Shown one piece after another: positions 1 through 7,603 of a DNA stretch of 64,000 nucleotides. Position numbers and translations under genes: made by a program. Every line of letters begins with the position of its first letter. Position 1 is the stretch's first letter. The notes under the pieces were generated by a model. The model was not told the origin of the DNA, made no database searches, and saw nothing but the letters and a program-made list of their open reading frames with translations. The DNA comes from Chloroflexota bacterium. Lineage in GTDB: Bacteria; Chloroflexota; Dehalococcoidia; UBA2979. The DNA lies in assembly GCA_009840945.1 (NCBI GenBank), contig VXMU01000052.1, forward strand, positions 6,885-70,884. Direction: 5' to 3'.

Positions 1-106
1 CGAGCCGCGCCAGCTCGCTGCGCCCGCGCTCGACCGCGCGGCACTCGTCGTCGCGGTGCTGATGGTGCTCTACGGCTGCGCGGTCCAGGTGGGGGTGCGG
101 CTGTGA
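1..106 (+). CDS. C-terminal fragment of an ECF/cobalt transporter transmembrane (T) component (CbiQ/EcfT-like); 5' end lies outside the window
   Basis: Frame ending at TGA 104-106 translates to ...AALVVAVLMVLYGCAVQVGVRL*, a hydrophobic tail. Its stop overlaps the GTG start of the downstream CbiO-type ATPase (GTGA), the usual cbiQ-cbiO arrangement. Confidence 0.35.
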   Translation, partial: EPRQLAAPALDRAALVVAVLMVLYGCAVQVGVRL

Positions 107-882
107 GCGACAACGGCGCGCGGCCGACCGGAGACGCCGCGCCCGCGCTGCGGCTGCGCGGCCTCCACTACGACTACCCCGACGGCAGCACCGGCCTGCG
201 CGGCGTGGACCTCGACATCGAGCGTGGCGAGTTGGTCGCCGTCCTCGGGCCGAACGGGGCCGGCAAGTCGACGCTGATGCGGCTGCTCAACGGGCTCATC
301 CGCGGCGACGGGGCCATTGACGTGTTCGGCGAGCGGCTGACCGACGAGACGGTGCGCTCGATCCGGTCGCGCGTCGGCCTGCTGTTCTCGAACCCCGACG
401 ACCAGCTCTTCTCGCCGACGGTCATCGATGACGTCGCGTACGGGCCGCTCCACCAGGGCCTCGACGCCGACGAGGTGCTGGCGCGCTCGCGCGCCGCGCT
501 GGCGGAGGTGGGGATGGCGGCCTACGAGGACCGCACACCGCACCGGCTGAGCCTCGGCGAGAAGAAGCGCGTCGCCATCGCCACCGTGCTCTCGATGCGC
601 CCCGACATCCTCGTGCTCGACGAGCCGACGTCCGCGCTCGCCCCCGCTGCTCGCCACGAGCTGATCGAGCTGCTGCGGGCGCTGCCGCAGACGCAGATCA
701 TCGCCACGCACGACATGGCGATGGCGCGCGACCTCGCCTCCCGCGTGGTGGTGCTGTCCGACGGCCGGGTCGTGGGTGACGGGCCCACCGAGGTCGTCCT
801 CGGCGACCGCGAGCTGCTGCGCGAGCACGACCTCGAGCCCGCGCTGCACGGCCAGGCCGGCGCGCAGCGCGACTCCGCCTAG
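103..882 (+). CDS. ABC transporter ATP-binding protein, ECF/CbiO type
   Basis: Walker A GPNGAGKST, signature LSLGEKKRVAIA, Walker B ILVLDEPTSAL and an H-loop (ATHD) are present. GTG start overlaps the upstream stop. Confidence 0.85.
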   Translation: MSDNGARPTGDAAPALRLRGLHYDYPDGSTGLRGVDLDIERGELVAVLGPNGAGKSTLMRLLNGLIRGDGAIDVFGERLTDETVRSIRSRVGLLFSNPDDQLFSPTVIDDVAYGPLHQGLDADEVLARSRAALAEVGMAAYEDRTPHRLSLGEKKRVAIATVLSMRPDILVLDEPTSALAPAARHELIELLRALPQTQIIATHDMAMARDLASRVVVLSDGRVVGDGPTEVVLGDRELLREHDLEPALHGQAGAQRDSA

Positions 883-1334
883 TCCCCGACTCCCACTACG
901 AGGCTGCCGTGGAGGCCCTCGTGGCCCGGGACGGCGCAGAAGAAGCTGAGCGCGCCGCTCGGCGGGGCCTGCACGCGCACGATCACGTCGCCGTTGGGGG
1001 CGGTGCGCTGGTCGATCGCCGCGCCGGTGAGGCCGTCGAGCACGAACAGGTGCCCGGAGCCGCCGCTCCCGTCCAGCACGAACTCCACCACCTCGCCGGG
1101 GACGACCGAGACATCCTGGAGGTCCAGCTGCCCCGTGGACGCGTCGACGTGGATGACGCGGGACACCTCGGCGGTCGAGAGGTCGGCGGCGACCGGCCGG
1201 AGGCCGTCGTGCGAGTGGGCGCCCTGCACGATCGCCCACACGAGCGTCGCGCCGATCACGAAGTAGGCGATCAGGCGCGTGGGGACAGCCGGAGGCCGCC
1301 TGCGCTGGACGGGCGGCGCCGCGACGTTGCTCAT
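879..1334 (-). CDS. Cupredoxin-like (azurin/plastocyanin-type) protein with an N-terminal transmembrane anchor
   Basis: 151 aa. Hydrophobic segment LIAYFVIGATLVWAIVQGA. C-terminal motif SFFCAVPGHEGLHGSLVV resembles the azurin copper site FFCtfPGHsalMkG. Its stop overlaps the ATPase stop (CTAG). Confidence 0.5.
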   Translation of the reverse strand: MSNVAAPPVQRRRPPAVPTRLIAYFVIGATLVWAIVQGAHSHDGLRPVAADLSTAEVSRVIHVDASTGQLDLQDVSVVPGEVVEFVLDGSGGSGHLFVLDGLTGAAIDQRTAPNGDVIVRVQAPPSGALSFFCAVPGHEGLHGSLVVGVGD

Positions 1335-1397
1335 GTACCGATCATACGTCGGCGTCGCAGGTGGCGCGGGCGACGTGAGGCGGTCAGACTGCCGACC

Positions 1398-2540
1398 GTG
1401 ACGCCACGCGCCCTGCTCGGCCACTCCCACGCGCTCACCTACAGCGCCGTCGCGATCGTGCTCGTGCTCACGGTCTTCGTCGCGCCCGTGGTCGCCGGCT
1501 TCGAGGTCCCGCCCCTCAACCCCTTCGGCGCCGAGTCCAGCGAGGCCGAGGTCGTCGCGGTGGAGGTGACCGCCCGCGACCGGACCGAGGCCGGGACGAT
1601 CGTGAGCCAGCACGTGCGCGTGCGGCTCAGCGGCGGCGAAGAAGTCGCCATCGAGCGGCAGTTCTTCGAGGACGACCCGATCGGCATCCACGTCGAGCCC
1701 GGAGACGGCGTCCTCGTGACGGCCAACGAGACGCCCGAGGGCACCACGTACTTCATCGCGGACCGCTCGCGGAGCCTCGCGCTCTGGGTGCTCGTGATCG
1801 CGTTCGCCGCCCTCGTCACCCTCGTGGGGCGGTGGCGCGGCCTGTGGTCTATGGTCGGGCTGGCGGCGAGCTTCCTCGTGATCGTGCAGTTCATCATCCC
1901 GGCCATCCTGAGCGGCTGGAACCCGGTTGGCGTCACGGTGATCGGGTCGATCGTGATCGCGTTCACCACGCTGGTGCTGGCGCACGGGGCGAACTGGAAG
2001 ACGGTGGCGGCCATCTCGGGCACGGGGGTGAGCCTCGCGCTTGTGATCGTCTTCGCCGGCTTCGGCGTCGCGTTCACGGAACTGACCGGCCTCGCCGACG
2101 AGCACGCGATCGCGCTCAACATCCTCGCCGACAACACCATCGACGCGCGCGGGCTGCTCCTCGCCAGCATCATCATCGGCGCGCTCGGCGTGCTTGACGA
2201 CGTCACGGCGACGCAGGCCTCGACGGTCTTCGAGCTGCACCGCGCCAACGACCACCTCAGCGCGACCGAGCTGTTCGGCCGCGCGCTCAACGTGGGCCGC
2301 GACCACATCGCCTCGACGGTGAACACGCTCGTCCTCGCCTACGTGAGCGCGTCGCTGCCGCTCGTCGTGCTGCTGGCCTCGCAGCCGGAGCCGCTGGCGC
2401 TGCTGATCAGCCGCGACCAGTTCGCGACGGAGATCGTGCGCACGCTGATGGGCAGCATGGGCATCGTCGCCGCCGTGCCGATCACCACCGGCATCGCCGC
2501 GCTCATCGCCGCGCGCGTCCGCCTCGACGACGGCGCGTGA
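1398..2540 (+). CDS. YibE/F-family integral membrane protein
   Basis: About 380 aa with multiple hydrophobic helices. Putative GTG start (MTPRALLGHSHALTYSAVAIVLVL) in the frame of the 909..2540 ORF. Family assignment is from overall sequence resemblance. Confidence 0.5.
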   Translation: MTPRALLGHSHALTYSAVAIVLVLTVFVAPVVAGFEVPPLNPFGAESSEAEVVAVEVTARDRTEAGTIVSQHVRVRLSGGEEVAIERQFFEDDPIGIHVEPGDGVLVTANETPEGTTYFIADRSRSLALWVLVIAFAALVTLVGRWRGLWSMVGLAASFLVIVQFIIPAILSGWNPVGVTVIGSIVIAFTTLVLAHGANWKTVAAISGTGVSLALVIVFAGFGVAFTELTGLADEHAIALNILADNTIDARGLLLASIIIGALGVLDDVTATQASTVFELHRANDHLSATELFGRALNVGRDHIASTVNTLVLAYVSASLPLVVLLASQPEPLALLISRDQFATEIVRTLMGSMGIVAAVPITTGIAALIAARVRLDDGA

Positions 2541-2992
2541 CCACCCCGGACGAGGGTCGGCGTCCACGCTGCGTGTTCTGCGCCATCGTGGCCGGTAAGG
2601 CGGAGGCGCACGTGGTGTACGAGGACGAGCGGACGCTCGCGTTCCTCGACCACCGTCCGCTCTTCCCGGGCCACACGTTGGTCGTCCCGCGCGAGCACAT
2701 CGAGACACTGCCCGACCTGCCTGTAGCCGACCTCGGCGCGTTCTTTGCGGTGGTGCAGCACATCGCGCGGGTCATGCCGGCGGCGCTCGACGCCGAGGGG
2801 ACGTTCGTGGCGAACAACAACCGGGTCAGCCAGAGCGTCGCGCACCTGCACCTGCACGTCGTGCCGCGCACCCGCGGCGACGGGCTGCGGGGCTTCTTCT
2901 GGCCCCGCCACCCCTACGAGAGCCCGGAGCAGATGCGCGACGTGCAGTCGCGGCTCCGCGCGGCGATCGAGCGCGACGAGCCCGCGCGCTAA
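2537..2992 (+). CDS. HIT-family (histidine triad) hydrolase
   Basis: HIT motif VAHLHLHVVPR and upstream HTLVVPREHIETLPDL. ATG overlaps the upstream stop. Confidence 0.85.
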   Translation: MTTPDEGRRPRCVFCAIVAGKAEAHVVYEDERTLAFLDHRPLFPGHTLVVPREHIETLPDLPVADLGAFFAVVQHIARVMPAALDAEGTFVANNNRVSQSVAHLHLHVVPRTRGDGLRGFFWPRHPYESPEQMRDVQSRLRAAIERDEPAR

Positions 2993-3051
2993 CCCCGGCG
3001 GCGAAGCCTGCTTCACTCCCCGCGAGCCCGTTGCTAGACTCGATGGGGCGC

Positions 3052-3127
3052 AGGAGTGTAGCTCAGCTGGAAGAGCAGCGGTCTCCAAAACCGCAGGTCG
3101 GGGGTTCGAGTCCCTCCACTCCTGCCA
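3052..3127 (+). tRNA. tRNA-Trp (anticodon CCA)
   Basis: Manual cloverleaf: acceptor AGGAGTG/CACTCCT, D arm GCTC..GAGC, anticodon stem GCGGT/ACCGC with loop CTCCAAA, T arm GGGGG-TTCGAGT-CCCTC, discriminator G, encoded CCA. Confidence 0.9.
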
Positions 3128-3137
3128 GCAACCACTC

Positions 3138-3224
3138 GCCGAGGTGGTGGAATTGGCAGACACGCCGTCTTGAGGGGGCGGTGCCCGTAAGGGCGTATGA
3201 GTTCGAGTCTCATCCTCGGCACCA
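3138..3224 (+). tRNA. tRNA-Leu (anticodon GAG), long variable arm
   Basis: Acceptor GCCGAGG/CCTCGGC, anticodon stem CCGTC/GGCGG with loop TTGAGGG, long variable arm, T arm ATGAG-TTCGAGT-CTCAT, discriminator A, CCA. 87 nt. Confidence 0.85.
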
Positions 3225-3335
3225 GCAATCACACCGATCGCGCCCCGCACATGCGGGGCGCACGGCCATCCGGGGCGTCGAGGCCCGCCGCCGCGCTGGA
3301 ATCCGCAGCGCGCAACCGCGACAATCGATGTCCGG

Positions 3336-3409
<74 letters not shown>

Positions 3410-3457
3410 ACCTCACCCACCCCGCATCCCCGCGGCGGCGCAGCCGGACCCCGAGCC

Positions 3458-4867
3458 ATGACCACCACCGACCTCACCGCCACCGCCGCGCTGCTCGACT
3501 GGGCCGCCTCGTACCGCCTCGACGACGCCAACGCGGCGCAGGTCCGCTACCTGCTGCTCGACCACGCCGCGAACAGCCTCGGCGGCCTCGACGCCGAGTC
3601 GACGCGCACCGTGCGGCGCTTCGTCGCCGTCCGGCCGGGCGCGAGCCCGGCGCCCGGCGGCCTGCAGGCGTCCGAGGAGTACGCCGCGCTGGTCGCCGGG
3701 GTGAGCGCGCACGCGCTTGAATCCGACGACACGCACCAGCCCTCGTCGTCCCACCCCGGCTCGGCCGTGTTCCCGGCCGCGCTCGCGCTCGCCGAGTCCA
3801 CCGACGCCGGCTTCGACGCCTTCGCCGAAGCCGTGGTCGCGGGGTACGAGGTGGTCGCGCGCATCGGCGAGGCGGCCACGGCGGCGGGCCAGTACGAGCG
3901 GGGCTTCCACCCGACCGGCACCGTCGGCGTCTTCGGCGCGGCGGTCGCCGCCGGGCGGCTGCTCGGCCTCGACGCCGCGCAGCTACGCTCCGCGCTGGGG
4001 ATCGCGCTGAGCCAGTCGGCCGGCTCGATGGCGTTCCTCGACGGCGGCGCGTGGACGAAGCGGCTGCACCCCGGCTGGGCGGCGCACGCGGGCATCATCG
4101 CCGCGCGGCTCGCCGCGCTCGGCTACATCGGCCCGCTCGACCCCATCGCGGGGCGCTCCGGCTTCCTGCAGGCCTACACCGACACACCTGAGGCGGGCGC
4201 GCTGACGGCGGGCCTCGGCTCGTCGCCCCTCGCGGTCCACACGACGAGCCTCAAGGCGTACGCGTGCTGCCGCTACAACCAGGCGCCCATCGACGCGATC
4301 CTCGCGCTCGTCCGCACGCACGACCTCGCACCGGACGCCGTCGCGCGCGTGCGCGTCGGCGTGCTGGAGGCGGGGTGGAGCATCGTCGCGGAGCCCGAGG
4401 CGGAGAAGCGCCGGCCCACATCGGTCGTCGACGCGCAGTTCAGCATGCCGTACGCGGCGGCCATCGCGGTGCTCCACCGCGCGGCAGGGACACGCCAGTT
4501 CCGCCCGGACGCCATCGCCTCCACCGAGGCGGCCGCGCTCATGGACCGCGTTGAGTGCTACCGCTCGGAGCGCCTCGAGGCGATCTTCCCGCAACACTGG
4601 CCCGCCGAGGTCGAGCTCGAGCTCACCGACGGGCGCGTGCTGCGCGAGTACGTCGAGGGCGCGAAGGGCGACCCCGAGCGCCCGCTCTCGCCCCTCGAGC
4701 TTGAGGCCAAGTTCGCCGACCTCACGGACCGCACACTCACCTCCGAGGGCCGCGCATGTGTCCTCGAAGCCGTCCGCGGGCTCGGCAGTGACACCTCGCC
4801 GCGGGACCTCGCGCGCCTGCTCGGCAGCGCGGACATCCTCGCGCCGGGCGTCGCCGGGCTCGGCTAG
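3458..4867 (+). CDS. MmgE/PrpD-family protein (2-methylcitrate dehydratase / cis-aconitate decarboxylase superfamily)
   Basis: 469 aa starting MTTTDLTATAALLDWAASYRLDD.... Full-length similarity to MmgE/PrpD proteins. The upstream part of the 3197..4867 ORF overlaps the tRNA genes and is not coding. Confidence 0.8.
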   Translation: MTTTDLTATAALLDWAASYRLDDANAAQVRYLLLDHAANSLGGLDAESTRTVRRFVAVRPGASPAPGGLQASEEYAALVAGVSAHALESDDTHQPSSSHPGSAVFPAALALAESTDAGFDAFAEAVVAGYEVVARIGEAATAAGQYERGFHPTGTVGVFGAAVAAGRLLGLDAAQLRSALGIALSQSAGSMAFLDGGAWTKRLHPGWAAHAGIIAARLAALGYIGPLDPIAGRSGFLQAYTDTPEAGALTAGLGSSPLAVHTTSLKAYACCRYNQAPIDAILALVRTHDLAPDAVARVRVGVLEAGWSIVAEPEAEKRRPTSVVDAQFSMPYAAAIAVLHRAAGTRQFRPDAIASTEAAALMDRVECYRSERLEAIFPQHWPAEVELELTDGRVLREYVEGAKGDPERPLSPLELEAKFADLTDRTLTSEGRACVLEAVRGLGSDTSPRDLARLLGSADILAPGVAGLG

Positions 4868-4869
4868 CG

Positions 4870-5544
4870 ATGGTGATCACGCTCACCGACCTCATCGCGA
4901 ACCGGACACTCGCTCCCGGCATGGCTGCGCTCCTCGCGGCCGCGGTCGAGGAGCGCCGGTCTCTCCTCGTGGTCGCTATCCCGCGGAACGCGGGGAAGAC
5001 CACGCTGATGACGGCGGCGTTCGAGGAGCGCCCGGACGCGGTGCCGCTCCACATGCTCGGGCGGCGTCATGGGGAGTCGCTCGGCATACCGGAGGAGGGC
5101 GCACCACCGGGCTATCTCTCCATGTCCGAGATCGCGCCCCACCCGGTCACCGACAGCTACCTCTGGGGCGCCGACGTGCGTCGAATCTTCGAGGCCGCGC
5201 ACGAGCGCGGGCACGCGATCGCGACGGCGCTGCACGCGGACGGCATCGACTCGGCGTTCGAGGTGATCGCGGAGAACGGCGTCCCCGACGAGCACGCCTC
5301 TCTGATCGACGTGGTGGTCTACATCCGGCTCTTCGGCAGGTGGCAGGCTCCCGAGCGGCGCGCCGTCGAGACCATCCACGAGGTCGAGCGCGTCCGCGAC
5401 GGCGAGGTGGTCGCGCGCCTCACCCACCGCTGGGATGAAGCGACCGACCGGTTCGAGACGGCAGACGCCCCGACGTCCGTCTCGCCCGAGGCCTATGCCC
5501 GCCACCTCGCGCGATTCACCGAGGCAGCCGGCCGCGACGCCTGA
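4870..5544 (+). CDS. Small P-loop protein with a degenerate VirB11/CpaF (T2SS-E)-like ATPase core
   Basis: 224 aa. P-loop AIPRNAGKTTLMTAA. C-terminal segment TALHADGIDSAFEVIAENGVPDEHASLIDVVVYIRLFGRWQAPERRAVETIHEV resembles the CpaF/VirB11 TxHAns...D.vvql.r..dG.Rrv..I.Ev region. No recognisable Walker B/Asp box. Confidence 0.5.
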   Translation: MVITLTDLIANRTLAPGMAALLAAAVEERRSLLVVAIPRNAGKTTLMTAAFEERPDAVPLHMLGRRHGESLGIPEEGAPPGYLSMSEIAPHPVTDSYLWGADVRRIFEAAHERGHAIATALHADGIDSAFEVIAENGVPDEHASLIDVVVYIRLFGRWQAPERRAVETIHEVERVRDGEVVARLTHRWDEATDRFETADAPTSVSPEAYARHLARFTEAAGRDA

Positions 5545-5634
5545 CGGAGACAGCGCCTCCGGGCGCCGAGGCCCACACGCGGCCTCGGATGTAGCATCAA
5601 ACCAGCAAGCGATCGTGAAAGGACGCACACACCC

Positions 5635-6456
5635 ATGGCTCGACCGGCACGCACCCTCGACCAGAGCAACTACGAGGTGATCCTTATCGACAAGCGCGAC
5701 GACGGTGTCGCCGTGGTCACGCTCAACCGCCCCGAGCGCCACAACGCCGTCGGCGGCCCGATGCACACCGAGCTCGCGCAGCTCCCCGGCGACATCCAGG
5801 ACGACCCGGACGTGCGCGTCGCCGTCCTCACCGGCGCGGGGCGCTCGTTCTGCTCCGGCGCGGACGTCGAGGCGAGCTTCGGCGACGCCTCGCTCGACCC
5901 GGCGCTGCCGCTCGGCCTTGAGGGCGAGGCGCGCAACATCGTCGACGGGTTCCTGCGGCTCGACAAGCCGGTGATCACGGCCGTGAAGGGCTACGCGCTG
6001 GGCCTCGGCGCGACGGTGGCGCTGCTCGGCGACATCGTACTGGCGGGGCGCAGCATCCGCATCGGCGACACGCACGTGGTGGTCGGCATCACGGCCGGCG
6101 ACGGCGGCGCGGTGCTGTGGCCGCAGCTGATCGGCCCGCAGGCCGCGAAGTACTACCTCTTCACCGGCGAGCACGTCGACGCCGAGACCGCCGAGCGCCT
6201 CGGCCTCGTCTTCCGCGTCCATGACGACGAGGACCTGCTGGACGAGGCGATCGCGATGGCGTCGCGCATCGCGGCGGGCGCGCCCTACGCGATCCGCACG
6301 ACGAAGCGCGCGATCAACCGCTCGCTGGAGCGCATCTCGCAGGACGTGATGCCGTTCTCCCTCGCCGCCGAGGGGCTGGCGATGAAGACCGACGACATGG
6401 GCGAGGCGGTGGCCGCGTTCTCCGAGCGCCGCGCGCCGCAGTTCAAGGGGCGGTAG
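5635..6456 (+). CDS. Enoyl-CoA hydratase/isomerase (crotonase family)
   Basis: VVTLNRPERHNAV...LTGAGRSFCSGADV oxyanion-hole motifs, 273 aa. Confidence 0.85.
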   Translation: MARPARTLDQSNYEVILIDKRDDGVAVVTLNRPERHNAVGGPMHTELAQLPGDIQDDPDVRVAVLTGAGRSFCSGADVEASFGDASLDPALPLGLEGEARNIVDGFLRLDKPVITAVKGYALGLGATVALLGDIVLAGRSIRIGDTHVVVGITAGDGGAVLWPQLIGPQAAKYYLFTGEHVDAETAERLGLVFRVHDDEDLLDEAIAMASRIAAGAPYAIRTTKRAINRSLERISQDVMPFSLAAEGLAMKTDDMGEAVAAFSERRAPQFKGR

Positions 6457-6581
6457 CCCTCGCGGGGGCCTCGCCCGGCCGCGGTCGGGCTCGCGAACAC
6501 GGGCGTGCTGTTGACGGCCTCGCCGCCCGCGGTGCACGTTCGTCGTGAGCCGCGATTGCGCCGCGGCGGGAAGCGAGGCCC

Positions 6582-6995
6582 GTGATGGTGGAGATCCGCA
6601 GAGCGAACAGCAGCGATCACGACGGCCTCGTCGACCTCTGGGTCGATACCGGCCTCGGGCGCCTCGAGGAGTCCGAGTGGGATGTGCTGATCGCGCATCC
6701 CGCGGCCGCCGTGCTGATCGCCGAGGACGACGGCGCCGTGGTCGGCGCGGCCGTGGCCTCATTCGACGGGTGGCGGGCGTACATCTACCACGTCGCGGTG
6801 ACCGAGGCGGCGCGCCACAAGGGCGTGGCGCGCGCGCTCATGGACGAGGCGGCCGGGCACCTCTTCGGCGAGGGCGCGAGCGCGATCTACGTGATGGTGC
6901 ACGGAGAGAACACGGGGGGCCTCGCCCTCGCGGCGGCGGCAGGCTACATGCCCGAGGGCGAGATCGTCCTCGTCCGCCAGAGCGGCGAGGACTAA
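6582..6995 (+). CDS. GNAT-family N-acetyltransferase
   Basis: 137 aa with GNAT core motifs (AVVGAAVASF...YIYHVAVTEAARHKGVARALMDEA). Confidence 0.75.
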   Translation: MMVEIRRANSSDHDGLVDLWVDTGLGRLEESEWDVLIAHPAAAVLIAEDDGAVVGAAVASFDGWRAYIYHVAVTEAARHKGVARALMDEAAGHLFGEGASAIYVMVHGENTGGLALAAAAGYMPEGEIVLVRQSGED

Positions 6996-7026
6996 GTCCT
7001 CAACGGAGGGGCGCACCGCACAGACA

Positions 7027-7187
7027 CCCCCTCACCCCGCTCTATCCGGCTCCCTCTCCTGCACTGCGGGAGAGGGTTGGGGTGAGGGTCCGGCGGGCGT
7101 GCAGGTGCAGGTCAGGCGAGGGCAGACCAGACCCCCTCACCCTCGCCCTCTCCCCCGCAGACGGGGGCGAGGGGATCGGAGTCAGAG
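7027..7187. repeat. Composite REP/MITE-like hairpin repeat: A-type unit (7027-7095) plus B-type unit (7123-7187)
   Basis: A-type palindrome ccctctcc-tgcactgc-gggagagg flanked by cccctcacccc/ggggtgaggg. B-type hairpin ccctctcccccg-cagac-gggggcgaggg. Homologous copies at 23134-23427 and 38318-38380. Lies between convergent gene 3' ends and overlaps the ACT-gene stop codon. Confidence 0.7.
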
Positions 7188-7574
7188 CATCGAGTCCTCG
7201 TCCACCACGGAGCGGGCGCGGTCCAGGTCGTCGGCGCTGAGGGCGATCGTCGCGTGGCCGCCGTGGCGGTTGAGGATGTGCATGCTCTGGATGTTCACCC
7301 CGGCGTCGCGGAACTTCGCCGAGAGCTGCGCGAGCGCCCCCGGCTCGTCGACGAGGCGCACGATGAGCGCGTCGTCCGCCACGGCGCGGTAGCCCGCCGC
7401 CGAGAGCGCGAGGAGTGCCCGGTCGTCGTCGTCGGTCGTGATGACGACCATGCCGTGGTCGCCCACGCCCTCGGTGTCGAGCGACTGGATGTTGATGCCG
7501 CGCTCGGCGAGGGCGGCCGTGATGCCGGCGATCACGCCGACCTCGTTCTTGGTGCTCACGATGATGCGCTGCAT
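7182..7574 (-). CDS. ACT-domain protein (small-molecule-binding regulatory domain)
   Basis: 130 aa (MQRIIVSTKNEVGVIAGITAALAERGINIQSL...) with two ACT-like beta-alpha-beta-beta-alpha-beta halves. Lies immediately downstream of hdc on the same strand. Confidence 0.7.
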   Translation of the reverse strand: MQRIIVSTKNEVGVIAGITAALAERGINIQSLDTEGVGDHGMVVITTDDDDRALLALSAAGYRAVADDALIVRLVDEPGALAQLSAKFRDAGVNIQSMHILNRHGGHATIALSADDLDRARSVVDEDSML

Positions 7575-7603
7575 GGCGCCCCTCTCCGCCGCCGGCGGCG
7601 TGC

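Noticed and set aside
879-2708. 609-aa ORF on the minus strand overlapping the YibE/F gene and other genes
   Set aside because: Typical high-GC frame artefact. It is low-complexity and Arg/Ala/Gly-rich, with no recognisable domains, and fully overlaps well-supported genes. Only its last 151 codons (the cupredoxin-like gene, 879-1334) were kept.
5568-5590. Perfect 8-bp inverted repeat CCGAGGCC-cacacgc-GGCCTCGG downstream of the mini-ATPase gene
   Set aside because: It could be a terminator, but it lacks a U-tract and sits only about 45 nt before the next gene start on the same strand. It is not distinctive enough to call as a feature.
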